64,000 bases of DNA from Acidobacteriota bacterium (GCA_046734955.1 JBKPSH010000021.1:11968-75967), one strand, 5' to 3'. Positions 37,351-46,107 are shown, counted from the stretch's first letter. Numbers and translations: made by a program. The notes: a model not told the origin generated them from the letters alone.

Positions 37351-38346
37351 CTATTTTTGTTTGAACCCCGCCGGGATGTCGAGATCGGATGCGGCGACGG
37401 ACGTTTGAACTTCCTGAAATTCGTGCTCGGCCGTGAAGATCGTTGCGCGCGTCGCGTTGGCGTTTTCGTCCTTCTTTGCCATCTTGCGTGCGAGCATGCC
37501 ACCGAGTCCGCCGATTGATTTCGGAGCACTCTCCGACGATTGCTGTGCGGCTTCTTCCTTCGACTTCACGCCTTCGACGGTGGTCGTCGACGCGAGTGGA
37601 GTCCCCTGAAGTTTTGGCGATTCCTTCTGCAGGCGGTCGGCCGCCTGTTTGAACGCCGGATACATCGCGATGATCATCGCCATCTGTTCAGGCGACATGC
37701 CCATCGCGTCCGGACCTTGCAGCTGTCGCCAGTACCTCACATCAAATTCAGCGACTTCCTTCAAGGCAGGAATCTGTGGACCAAGCCACGAGTCGACATT
37801 CATGACCAGCCCACCGCCGTCCTCGAGCGTTTTGCCCTTTTCGCGGACCGTGACGGTCATGATCACTTCACGCGTGTCGTAACCGGCGAGCTGTTTCTTC
37901 TGTCCGGTCTCCTTGACGTTGAAGTCGACCTCATATTCCTTCTGCGGTTTTCCCTTTTCCGGCTGCTTCTCTTCTTTGCCTTGCTCCTGGGACGCCTGCT
38001 TCTCCGCCTTCTCGCGCGCCTCACGCATTTGCTGCCGCAGCTGTTCGAATGTGATGACCTCGTAGGTCTTCTTCTTCATGTCGAGCTTGTAGATCTTTTC
38101 CTCGGACAGGTCGATGATCTCGCCGGTCGTGTCGTTGCTCGTGATCTTGCGATTGCCCTTCACCGCGGTGGTCGAGACGACCCCTTCCTTAGCCGCCTTG
38201 CCGCCGAACAGGTTGAACATCTTCCCGAGCATGCCACCGAGCGATACGTGGGTCTTTTCGCGGGTTTTCACATCCGCCCACGCAGGACTCGCGGTAATGG
38301 CGACAAATGACAACAGAACGGCACAAGAGATCAGTGGACGTCTCAT
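37351..38346 (-). CDS. hypothetical secreted protein
   Basis: ORF 37351..38589. The start is placed at Met 38346 (MRRPLISCAVLLSFVAITASPAWA, a signal peptide). A Lys/Glu-rich central linker is present. I do not recognise a family. Confidence 0.7.
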   Translation of the reverse strand: MRRPLISCAVLLSFVAITASPAWADVKTREKTHVSLGGMLGKMFNLFGGKAAKEGVVSTTAVKGNRKITSNDTTGEIIDLSEEKIYKLDMKKKTYEVITFEQLRQQMREAREKAEKQASQEQGKEEKQPEKGKPQKEYEVDFNVKETGQKKQLAGYDTREVIMTVTVREKGKTLEDGGGLVMNVDSWLGPQIPALKEVAEFDVRYWRQLQGPDAMGMSPEQMAMIIAMYPAFKQAADRLQKESPKLQGTPLASTTTVEGVKSKEEAAQQSSESAPKSIGGLGGMLARKMAKKDENANATRATIFTAEHEFQEVQTSVAASDLDIPAGFKQK

Positions 38347-38436
38347 CAAGGTTCCTCCCGAAGACGTGGGGTAAGATTCGCGCTGGCTCGTCAATTGTAA
38401 CGTGCTAACGCTGCCGTTCTGCCACCGTCCTTCTAA

Positions 38437-39006
38437 ATGGTGGAGGCTGCGACTCTTGACACCCGAGTGGCGTTGACCATGTTTTCGGCGGGGCACGCGT
38501 CGGAGGACGCGCATCTCGTGCGCGCGGCGCGTGCTGGCGACCAGCGGGCGTTTGAGGCGTTGTACGAGCGATATGCGCGGGTCATTCACGGCGTCCTATT
38601 GGCACGGGCGCCCAGGACTGATGTCGAGGACCTGGTTCAAGATGTTTTTCTCTCGGCCTGGAACCGGCTCGATTCGCTGCGCGATCCGGCCGCATTTGGT
38701 GGGTGGCTCTCGATGATTGCCCGTAACCGCGCGACGGATTTTCATCGTCAGGCTATTGATGCCGTGGAACTGCCTGCGGATTTGAGCGCGCCGGAAGCCT
38801 CTTCCAGCCGAGCCGAGGCATTGGCGGTCCTGGATGTGATCCGGCGGCTGCCGGCGGCATATCGTGAGACGCTGGTATTACGGCTGGTCGAAGGCTTGAC
38901 CGGCCCTGAAATCGCGGAACGGACGGGGCTTACACCGGCATCGGTTCGCGTGAATCTGCACCGAGGCATGGCGTTGCTTCGGACGAAATTGGAACCGTCG
39001 ACGTGA
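38437..39006 (+). CDS. ECF-type RNA polymerase sigma factor
   Basis: 189-aa ORF with region 2 ...VQDVFLSAWNRLDSLRD...IARNRATDFHR... and region 4 ...LPAAYRETLVLRLVEGLTGPEIAERTGLTPASVRVNLHRG... The start could instead be Met 38479. Confidence 0.88.
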   Translation: MVEAATLDTRVALTMFSAGHASEDAHLVRAARAGDQRAFEALYERYARVIHGVLLARAPRTDVEDLVQDVFLSAWNRLDSLRDPAAFGGWLSMIARNRATDFHRQAIDAVELPADLSAPEASSSRAEALAVLDVIRRLPAAYRETLVLRLVEGLTGPEIAERTGLTPASVRVNLHRGMALLRTKLEPST

Positions 39007-39010
39007 TCCG

Positions 39011-39062
39011 TGTAGCGCGGCCCTTTAGGACTGCCTGCGGCAGGGCTAAAGCCCTGCGCTAC
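39011..39062. repeat. REP-like palindrome (GTAGCGC...CAGGGCTAAAGCCCTG...GCGCTAC type)
   Basis: The outer stem is GTAGCGC/GCGCTAC and the inner perfect hairpin is CAGGGCT-AA-AGCCCTG (39041-39056). It lies between the ECF sigma and anti-sigma genes. Confidence 0.8.
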
Positions 39063-39085
39063 ATGATGAATTGGCTGCAATTGCA

Positions 39086-40120
39086 ATGAACAGGACTGAA
39101 GAAGAGAAGAACGATTATCTGTGGGACGGCTCGGGAGAGCCGGATCCGGAGATCGTACGTCTCGAGACGCTGCTGGGACGCTTGCGTCATCGCGGTTCGC
39201 CCCCGGAGTTGCCGGCGCGTAAACCCGCGCGATTTCGAATTGTGCCGCTGATCGGCGCGCTGTCTGCGGCAGCAGCGATCCTGCTCATCGCTGGTGCGGG
39301 ATGGTTTGCGACCGTCACACTCCGCCGGGAGTGGACTGTCGAGCGGATTGCTGGGAGTCCAGTCGTCGATGGTGTCCGGTCGCCGAGTGGCACCGATGGA
39401 TCGACGGCTCGCCTGCGTGTCGGTGAATGGCTGGAAACCGACGCCGTGTCGCGCGCGCGCATCAACGTCGGCGAAATCGGACGGGTGGACGTCGAGCCAA
39501 ACACGCGGCTGCAGGCGGTCGAAGCGCGCGGCCGCGAGCATCGGATGTCGCTCGCACGCGGCCTCATTCACGCCCGCATCTGGGCACCGCCGAAATTGTT
39601 TTTCGTGAACACACCGAGCGCGACCGCGGTCGATCTCGGATGCGAGTACACACTCGAGGTCGACGACGGCGGCGCCGGTCTGATCCGCGTCACCCTCGGA
39701 TGGGTGAGCTTCGAAGGCAGTGGCCGCGAATCATTCATTCCTGAGGGCGCAGTCGGTCGGACGCGTCCCGGCGCAGGCCCTGGCACGCCGTACTATGACG
39801 ATGCAGCGGCGGGTTACGGAGAAGCACTCGAGATCCTGGATTTCGATCGGCCGGAGGATCCGCGTCGGGGTGCGGCATTCGACTTCGTACTCTCGTCTGC
39901 TCGTCGCCGTGATGCATTGACGTTGTGGCACCTGTTGTCGCGCGGCACACGTGCCGAACGAGAGCGCGTCTACGATCGATTGGCGGAGCTCGTGCCGCCA
40001 CCAGCCGGAGTGACTCGGGATGCGGTGCTGAAAAAAGATCAGAGCGTTCTCGATCAATGGTGGGATACGCTCGGTCTTGACAGCGCCAACTGGTGGAGGC
40101 TGTGGAAGAAGAAACGGTGA
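39086..40120 (+). CDS. FecR-domain membrane protein, putative anti-sigma factor
   Basis: ORF 39071..40120. It has an N-terminal YLWDGSGEPDPEI motif, a single TM (FRIVPLIGALSAAAAILLIAGAGWF) and a FecR-like beta domain. It follows the ECF sigma gene. Confidence 0.75.
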   Translation: MNRTEEEKNDYLWDGSGEPDPEIVRLETLLGRLRHRGSPPELPARKPARFRIVPLIGALSAAAAILLIAGAGWFATVTLRREWTVERIAGSPVVDGVRSPSGTDGSTARLRVGEWLETDAVSRARINVGEIGRVDVEPNTRLQAVEARGREHRMSLARGLIHARIWAPPKLFFVNTPSATAVDLGCEYTLEVDDGGAGLIRVTLGWVSFEGSGRESFIPEGAVGRTRPGAGPGTPYYDDAAAGYGEALEILDFDRPEDPRRGAAFDFVLSSARRRDALTLWHLLSRGTRAERERVYDRLAELVPPPAGVTRDAVLKKDQSVLDQWWDTLGLDSANWWRLWKKKR

Positions 40121-40620
40121 GCAGGGCGAGCGGCAGAGGACGACTGATCCGTAACGCCGCGCTCATTTTCGCTGGCGGCGCCTGTGCGATCCAGCTGGCG
40201 CGTCCCGCGCGCACCAATCCGCCAACCGATCCTGCCCGCACGCTGACGGCGGTCACGCATGCTCCCGCCCAGATCCAGGACGTGCTCGAGCGCGGTTGCC
40301 GCGATTGCCACTCGCACGATACTCGCTGGCCTTGGTACAGCAGCGTCGCGCCGGTGTCATGGTTCGTCATCAACGACGTCAATAACGGCCGGCGGCACTT
40401 CAACTATTCCGACTGGGCGCAGTACGATCGCGACAAGGTTCCGCAGCTGCTCAAGGACGTCTGCGACCAGACGCGAAAAGGGGAGATGCCGCTGACGTCG
40501 TACTTATGGATGCATCCGGATTCGCGGCTCAGCGATCGTGATGTATCGCTGCTGTGTGATTGGAGCGATGTCGAACGGCGGTCCTTCCGCCTAAAGGCGG
40601 AAGCCACAGGGAATAATTAA
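40117..40620 (+). CDS. haem-binding domain protein
   Basis: ORF 40093..40620. The likely GTG start at 40117 overlaps the upstream stop. The motif is CRDCHSHDTRWPWYSSVAPVSWFVINDVNNGRRHFNYSDW. The last codons (FRLKAEATGNN*) are encoded by a REP-like hairpin. Confidence 0.75.
   Translation: MSRASGRGRLIRNAALIFAGGACAIQLARPARTNPPTDPARTLTAVTHAPAQIQDVLERGCRDCHSHDTRWPWYSSVAPVSWFVINDVNNGRRHFNYSDWAQYDRDKVPQLLKDVCDQTRKGEMPLTSYLWMHPDSRLSDRDVSLLCDWSDVERRSFRLKAEATGNN
40584..40603. repeat. REP-like hairpin CTTCCGCCTAAAGGCGGAAG (identical copy of 32151-32170)
   Basis: It is an 8-bp stem with a 4-nt loop, and it encodes the C-terminal FRLKAEA of the haem-binding domain protein. Confidence 0.85.
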
Positions 40621-40632
40621 TAAAGACCCGCA

Positions 40633-40689
40633 CCACGGATCCCGGATCGCGCACCAACGGATCCCGGATCCCGGTACAATTCACCAATG
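40633..40689. repeat. GGATCC-module repeat plus AATTCACC word
   Basis: CACGGATCCCGGATCGCGCACCAACGGATCCCGGATCCCGG is followed by TACAATTCACCAATG, where the ATG is the RidA-fusion start. Confidence 0.8.
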
Positions 40690-41766
40690 CCTGAAGTTGT
40701 CGAGAGCGGCCAGCTCATATACGTCAGCGGTGTGACTCCAACCGTCCGTGGAGACGTCCCAACTCAAACGCGGAACATTCTGGAGCAAGTGCAGCGATCG
40801 TTGGCGGGTGCGGGCTCGTCGCTCGATCGCGTCGTGTCGGTGCTCGTCTTCATACGCGCGGCGTCTGACTTTGGCGCGATGAACGATGCGTATCGCACTT
40901 TCTGGAAGGGCGCTTTTCCCACGCGGACCACCGTGGTCGTTGATCTTTCGGCACCCGAGACACTCGTCGAAATGTCGCTGGTCGCCGTTGCCGCTGCGGC
41001 CGATCGAACGATCGTCCATCCTCGCGATTGGGTAGAGTCACCCAGTCCTTACAGCTACGCCTTGCAAACCGGCGAGACTGTTTTTCTTTCCGGGCTGGTG
41101 TCACGAAACGGTCGTGACAATTCAGTGGTGACCGGAGACGTCGGACAGCAGACCCGCGTCATTCTCGACAATGCCGGCGAGCTGCTGCACGCGGCGGGAC
41201 TCTCACACGCGAACATTGTGGCATCACGTGTCTACCTTCCAGATGCGGCTTCCTTCGCGGCCATGAACGACGCATATCGCACGTACTTCCCGTCAGCTCC
41301 GCCGGCCCGAGCGACGATCCGTGCGGCGCTCGCGGGCCCGCAGTACTCGGTCGAGATCACCTTCATTGCCTCGTCGTCGTCACGCCACGCAATCACGGAA
41401 GGCCTGCCACCGAACTGGAACCTTCCGCTCAGTCCTGCGGTCGTTGCCGGCGATCGCGCCTACTTGTCAGGAGCACTTGGCAACGACGAGACGAATCGGG
41501 ACAACGCGGCGGCGCAGACGAAGGCGACACTGGAGAAGCTGCGCAAGACGCTCGGGTTCGTCGGTGTTTCACCCAGCGACGTCGATGAGGCCATCGTCTA
41601 CGTCACGGATCCGAAGAACCTATCGGCGATCGATCGCGAATACCGGTCGTTCTTCGGATCGCACAACCCGTCGCGAACGACCATCCGCTGCGGCCTGGTT
41701 GCGCCCGACGGATTGGTCGAGATCCTGCTGACGGCGAGACCACGGATAAACACGAACCACGGATGA
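40687..41766 (+). CDS. triple-domain RidA/YjgF/TdcF family protein (three tandem RidA modules in one chain)
   Basis: 359-aa ORF with three consecutive ~115-125-aa units. Each carries the RidA pattern: ...(L/V)(Y/F)(V/L)SG..., a ...MN(D/E)AYR..F... segment and P.R(T/A)T(V/I). The units span roughly residues 1-103, 104-230 and 231-352. Confidence 0.8.
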   Translation: MPEVVESGQLIYVSGVTPTVRGDVPTQTRNILEQVQRSLAGAGSSLDRVVSVLVFIRAASDFGAMNDAYRTFWKGAFPTRTTVVVDLSAPETLVEMSLVAVAAAADRTIVHPRDWVESPSPYSYALQTGETVFLSGLVSRNGRDNSVVTGDVGQQTRVILDNAGELLHAAGLSHANIVASRVYLPDAASFAAMNDAYRTYFPSAPPARATIRAALAGPQYSVEITFIASSSSRHAITEGLPPNWNLPLSPAVVAGDRAYLSGALGNDETNRDNAAAQTKATLEKLRKTLGFVGVSPSDVDEAIVYVTDPKNLSAIDREYRSFFGSHNPSRTTIRCGLVAPDGLVEILLTARPRINTNHG

Positions 41767-41814
41767 ACACGGATAAACACGGATCGGATCCCGGATCCCG
41801 GACAACGGATCCCG
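41741..41814. repeat. composite CCGTGTTNAT plus GGATCC element (reverse orientation of 5146-5242)
   Basis: Sequence is CACGGATAAACACGAACCACGGATGAACACGGATAAACACGGATCGGATCCCGGATCCCGGACAACGGATCCCG. It spans the RidA-fusion stop and the annotated DUF523 start. Confidence 0.9.
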
Positions 41815-42338
41815 AAGTAAGTCCATTGAGGTTGGGAATCTCGTCGTGCCTTCTTGGGCAGGAAGTCAGGTTTGACGGGGGCCACAAACGCGATTCTTTG
41901 CTGACCGACGATTTGGGCAAGTATGTCGAGTGGGTGCCGGTGTGTCCGGAAGTGGAAGTCGGAATGGGCACGCCACGTGAGCCGCTGCAACTCGTCCGGG
42001 TTGGAGGAACGACGCGGATGATGACGACGAGCACCAGTATGGACTATACCGATCGTATGAATGAATGGGCCAGAGCGCGAGTCGAAATGCTCGCGCGCGA
42101 GAATCTTGACGGCTACGTGTTGAAGAGCAAATCCCCGAGTTGCGGCGCATGGAGCGTCAGCGTGGCGTGTAGCGACGGATCCTCTGCCATCGATGGACGT
42201 GGATTGTTCGCTTCAGTGCTGCTCGAGCGCTTTCCACTGCTACCGGTCGAAGAAGAAGGACGGCTTGCCGATCCCGCCGTTCGCGCGGATTTCATGGAGC
42301 GCGTGCTCGCGTACAAAGGGCGGAAAGATCATGCCTGA
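41763..42338 (+). CDS. DUF523 (TudS/YbbK-like) protein
   Basis: 191-aa ORF with the conserved LGISSCLLGQEVRFDGGHKRD...VPVCPEVEVGMGTPREP. The first ~17 codons are translated repeat element, so the true start may be a TTG near 41826-41832. Confidence 0.8.
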   Translation: MNTDKHGSDPGSRTTDPEVSPLRLGISSCLLGQEVRFDGGHKRDSLLTDDLGKYVEWVPVCPEVEVGMGTPREPLQLVRVGGTTRMMTTSTSMDYTDRMNEWARARVEMLARENLDGYVLKSKSPSCGAWSVSVACSDGSSAIDGRGLFASVLLERFPLLPVEEEGRLADPAVRADFMERVLAYKGRKDHA

Positions 42339-43164
42339 TTCCTTCTCGCCGTTTCGCCGTGTTCGCGTGACGCGCTTCGGCCGTCGCGCCGACGCACCGC
42401 CGGAAGACCTTGCGGCAACGGAAGAACCGCTCGAGGTGCGGCTGCACGGAAAACCATTTGCGGTCATCATGCGCACGCCAGGTTCTGATCGCGAGCTGGC
42501 AGCTGGCTTTCTCCTCTCGGAAGGCGTCATTCACTCGCACGACGATCTCGGAGCGGTGGAACACTGCCGCCACCCCGATCATCCTGACGTGCACAACGTC
42601 GTTGACGTGTACCTCGTCGGTGCGGCAACGAAACGCGTGAAGGAGCACCTCGAGCAGCGGCGAAACATCATGACGTCGTCTTCGTGCGGGTTATGCGGCC
42701 GCGTCACCATCGAGTCACTGCGATGTCAGACGCCGCCGCTGCCGGTTGAAGATCGCATCAGCCCGCGGATCGCGGCGGAACTGCCGCTGCGGTTGAGGAT
42801 CCGGCAAACCGTTTTTGAAGAAACCGGCGGCCTTCATGCGGCAGGACTATTTGCCTTGGACGGTACGTGCCACTCGTCGGCGGAGGACGTCGGCCGGCAC
42901 AACGCCGTCGATAAGGTCGTCGGCGCGATGCTGTTCGAAGAGCGTGTGCCACTTCGGCAATACGCCCTTGCGGTAAGCGGCCGCGCCTCGTTCGAGATCG
43001 TTCAGAAAGCCTGGCTTGCAGGGATCCCGATCGTGTGTGCCGTATCAGCACCGTCCAGCCTTGCGATTGAGCTTGCCGACGAAGCAGGAATCACGCTGCT
43101 CGGATTCGTCCGCGACGGCGGGTTCAACCTCTACACGCACGCCGCGAGAGTCGCGGCGGTGTGA
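42331..43164 (+). CDS. fdhD: formate dehydrogenase accessory sulfurtransferase FdhD
   Basis: ORF 42193..43164. The start is placed at ATG 42331, overlapping the DUF523 stop. Motifs are SSCGLCGRVTIESL and GRHNAVDKVVG. Confidence 0.88.
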   Translation: MPDSFSPFRRVRVTRFGRRADAPPEDLAATEEPLEVRLHGKPFAVIMRTPGSDRELAAGFLLSEGVIHSHDDLGAVEHCRHPDHPDVHNVVDVYLVGAATKRVKEHLEQRRNIMTSSSCGLCGRVTIESLRCQTPPLPVEDRISPRIAAELPLRLRIRQTVFEETGGLHAAGLFALDGTCHSSAEDVGRHNAVDKVVGAMLFEERVPLRQYALAVSGRASFEIVQKAWLAGIPIVCAVSAPSSLAIELADEAGITLLGFVRDGGFNLYTHAARVAAV

Positions 43165-43247
43165 AACGCGCTACCCACTTCGATTCCGATCGCCCAACTC
43201 ATCGGCCAAATACGCGTAATTAACGCCATCACGAGCGGCTCAGCCGG

Positions 43248-43263
43248 TGGCACCCCGGTTGCT
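43248..43263 (+). promoter_or_regulatory. consensus-perfect sigma-54 promoter motif TGGCAC-N5-TTGCT
   Basis: TGGCACCCCGGTTGCT lies in the fdhD-PBP1A spacer, 17 nt upstream of ATG 43280. The leader would be very short, so function is uncertain. Confidence 0.35.
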
Positions 43264-43279
43264 CAAATCATCACTGCGT

Positions 43280-45508
43280 ATGGTGATGAGACGCAGCTTC
43301 GTGTTGACGGCCGTGCTCGCAGTGACGATCGCTGCGTGGTACGCAGGAATCAAGGCCGTCCTCGTCGCTGAGTCGATCGTCGATGAACTCGACCGCGCGG
43401 AGGTCCTGGCGAATCTGGCGCCTCGTCCGCAGACAACGATCGTATACGACCGGTACAATCGACCGGCCTTCACCTTTTTCATAGAACAACGCATTGCTGT
43501 TCCACTCGATCGCGTGTCGCACAACATGGTCGACGCCGTCCTCGCGGTTGAAGATCGCCGCTTCTTCTCGCATCACGGCATGGATCCGGTTCGCATCGCC
43601 GGCGCCGCCTGGAGAAACTTCCGTGCCCGCCGCATCATCGAGGGCGGCAGCACGATTACGCAGCAGCTCGCGCGTGCGTCACTCTCTTCGGAGCGAACCT
43701 ACGACAGGAAGATACGCGAGATCCTGTTGGCGGCGCAGATCGAACAGCGCTATACGAAAGCCCGGATCCTCGAACAGTACTTGAACACGGTCTACCTGGG
43801 CGACGGCTACTACGGCGTGGAGGCCGCATCCCAGGGCTATTTTGGAAAGCCGGCATCCGATCTCGATCCACACGAAGCCGCGCTTCTCGCTGCACTCGTC
43901 AGATCGCCGTCGAGCGATTCTCCATCGATTGCGCCGGCACGCGCACTGAAGCGTCGCAACCTGGTTCTCCGATTGATGTACCGCGAAGGACGGCTGTCCG
44001 ACGAGGGACTCCGAACCGCGAGCAGCATGCCACTGCCGCGAGGCGGACGTCATATCGACGACGCCGCAGCGGCGGCAACTGCGACCAACGGACCGGACTC
44101 CGGCCTGTATTTTCAGGAAGAGGTCCGGCGGCAGCTGTTTGCGTTGTTTGGCGCGGACAGAGTGCTCCGAGGCGGCTTACGTGTGCACTCGACCTACGAT
44201 CCTGAGTTGCAGCGGCAGGCTGAAGCGGCGGTCACTGGCCGAATCGCGGCGATCTCAAAGACTCGTCCGGCGGCACGCGATCTCGAGGCCAGTTTCGTCG
44301 CGATGGATCCAACGACTGGTGATATCCGCGCGCTGGTAGGAGGACGAGACTTCAAGGCCAGCAGCTTCAATCGCGCAACGCAGGCGCATCGCCAGGCCGG
44401 CTCTGCGTTCAAGCCGATCATCTATGCCGCAGCGATTGAGCGCGGTTATTCGCCCGGAACGCTGCTGCACGACCTGGACACGCCAATTGCGGCCGGTGAC
44501 GAGACATGGCTTCCATCCGGGGGCCACGAGGAGCCCGAATACACGCTCCGCGCCGCGCTCAAAACCTCGAGCAATCGAGCGGCCGCCCAACTGCTTCAGC
44601 AGATCGGCGTCAGCGCTGCGGTGTATTACGCGGAGCGGCTCGGCATCGAATCGCAGTTGCCGTTGGTTCCATCGCTGGCGCTCGGCACTGGTGAAGTGAC
44701 GCTGCTCGAGTTGACGACGGCGTATACGGCATTTGCGAATCGTGGAAGTGTCGCGGCGCCTCGATTGATCACGCGGGTTGATGATGGTTCCGGCGCAACG
44801 ATTTTTAGCGCAGCCGAACGTCACACGCAGGCGATCAGTGCGACCACCGCCTATCTGATGTCGAGCATGCTCTCGGACGTGATCTCGAGCGGAACCGGCT
44901 CGTCAGCGCGCTCGGCCGGTTTCAAACTACCGGCTGCCGGCAAAACGGGAACGACCGACAACTACGCCGACGCATGGTTCATCGGGTACACGCCTCACCT
45001 CGTCGCCGGAGTCTGGTTCGGTCTCGATCAACCCGCGCCGATCATGCGCGGCGGGTTCGCCGGGATCGTCGCCGCGCCGGTGTGGGGCCGGTTCATGAAA
45101 GCGGCCACTTCGCACGACAAAGCCGACTGGTATCCAATGCCGCCGGATGTGGAGAAGGTCGCTATCTGCCGGTTGAGCGGCGCGCGAGCGACCGAGGCTT
45201 GCAGACATCAGGGTGAGATGTACACGGTCACCCGCGCCGATGGCTCGGCTCAGTTTGTTCCGACCAACGGCATGTTCGATCAGGATGACGCCGCCACTGT
45301 GCAAGCATCGAATGAGCCGCCAGTGTACGAGGACCTGTTTGCGGTCGGCACCGTGCCGCCTGACATTTGCCCGATTCACAATCCCACCGCACCCGGCGCT
45401 GGTATCGCGTCGGCGGCCCCCCCTGCCGTCGATGCATCTGACATAGTGCTCGAACGTGTGGTTGGCACCGACGGGCTCATGCATGTCGTGATGCGACAGC
45501 GACGTTGA
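43280..45508 (+). CDS. class A penicillin-binding protein (PBP1A family: glycosyltransferase plus transpeptidase)
   Basis: ORF 43247..45508. The GT51 motif is EDRRFFSHHGMDP...GGSTITQQLAR. The transpeptidase motifs are SAFKP, SSN and KTGTT. The start is set at ATG 43280 (MVMRRSFVLTAVLAV) because 43248-43263 looks like a promoter. GTG 43247 remains possible. Confidence 0.9.
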   Translation: MVMRRSFVLTAVLAVTIAAWYAGIKAVLVAESIVDELDRAEVLANLAPRPQTTIVYDRYNRPAFTFFIEQRIAVPLDRVSHNMVDAVLAVEDRRFFSHHGMDPVRIAGAAWRNFRARRIIEGGSTITQQLARASLSSERTYDRKIREILLAAQIEQRYTKARILEQYLNTVYLGDGYYGVEAASQGYFGKPASDLDPHEAALLAALVRSPSSDSPSIAPARALKRRNLVLRLMYREGRLSDEGLRTASSMPLPRGGRHIDDAAAAATATNGPDSGLYFQEEVRRQLFALFGADRVLRGGLRVHSTYDPELQRQAEAAVTGRIAAISKTRPAARDLEASFVAMDPTTGDIRALVGGRDFKASSFNRATQAHRQAGSAFKPIIYAAAIERGYSPGTLLHDLDTPIAAGDETWLPSGGHEEPEYTLRAALKTSSNRAAAQLLQQIGVSAAVYYAERLGIESQLPLVPSLALGTGEVTLLELTTAYTAFANRGSVAAPRLITRVDDGSGATIFSAAERHTQAISATTAYLMSSMLSDVISSGTGSSARSAGFKLPAAGKTGTTDNYADAWFIGYTPHLVAGVWFGLDQPAPIMRGGFAGIVAAPVWGRFMKAATSHDKADWYPMPPDVEKVAICRLSGARATEACRHQGEMYTVTRADGSAQFVPTNGMFDQDDAATVQASNEPPVYEDLFAVGTVPPDICPIHNPTAPGAGIASAAPPAVDASDIVLERVVGTDGLMHVVMRQRR

Positions 45509-45515
45509 ATCCCTT

Positions 45516-45709
45516 ATCACTAATCACTGATCGCGAATCACTAATCCTCGAATCCTCGAATCCTCGAATCCTCGAATCTCGAATCCTCGAATCGTGAATC
45601 CTCGAATCCTCGAATCGTGAATCCTCGAATCCTCGAATCGTGAATCCTTCAATCCTCGAATCGTGAATCCTTCAATCCTAGAATCCTTGAGTCCTGGAAT
45701 CCTTGAAGT
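45516..45709. repeat. left arm of the cassette: 17-nt terminal repeat plus about 22 tandem AATCCTCG / AATCGTG units
   Basis: ATCACTAATCACTGATC (45516-45532) is followed by (AATCCTCG)n with a higher-order 23-nt unit AATCCTCGAATCCTCGAATCGTG. It ends 2 nt before the four-helix-bundle stop. Confidence 0.9.
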
Positions 45710-45711
45710 CG

Positions 45712-46107
45712 TTATTTGGGCAAGCCGTGCGATCCTCGGTCATCCCAGTCCGAGCGCCGAAGGTATTTGATAAAGCCTCCAAGCATCTTGCCGAGCTCCT
45801 CGCCGTTTGTCAGTTGCGGCTTCAACTGGTCCTCTGAGATGTACTTCTTGAAATACGCCTGCTTCAACCGCGTCAGGACTTCGGCGAGCGATGCTTTTGA
45901 ATGGGTCAGAAAGTTTGCAAATGCCCTGTCGGTTCCCTGTTCAAAGCCTTCCACCATATTCGACGTGATCGAGTCATTGGCATTGGAGATCTGTTCGTGT
46001 AAACGTCGATTTGTGCGTAGGCGCGGTGACTCGAGGATTGCATTTACTGCGCTCCAGAACGCTACCGCCTTGTGATAAATGGGCAATTCCTCAATTTTGT
46101 TCGCCAT
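45712..46107 (-). CDS. four-helix-bundle protein (23S rRNA intervening-sequence protein family)
   Basis: ORF 45712..46125, with the probable start at Met 46107. The sequence MANKIEELPIYHKAVAFWSAVNAILE...SNANDSITSNMVEGFEQGTDRAFANFLTHSKASLAEVLTRL matches the family pattern I know (…SI.SNI.EG…F.. FL..A.GS..E…). Confidence 0.8.
   Translation of the reverse strand: MANKIEELPIYHKAVAFWSAVNAILESPRLRTNRRLHEQISNANDSITSNMVEGFEQGTDRAFANFLTHSKASLAEVLTRLKQAYFKKYISEDQLKPQLTNGEELGKMLGGFIKYLRRSDWDDRGSHGLPK

Noticed and set aside
38405-38430. An ECF-type promoter pattern CTAAC-N16-CGTCC upstream of the second ECF sigma gene.
   Set aside because: AAC-N16-CGT is suggestive of autoregulation, but the match is short and would give a leaderless transcript at ATG 38437. 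The evidence is insufficient without conservation or 5' mapping.
45516-45709. Possible CRISPR array, given the many tandem repeats.
   Set aside because: The repeat period is only 7-8 nt (23 nt at higher order), with no unique spacers, and no cas genes are in the window. The same holds for all other arrays listed.
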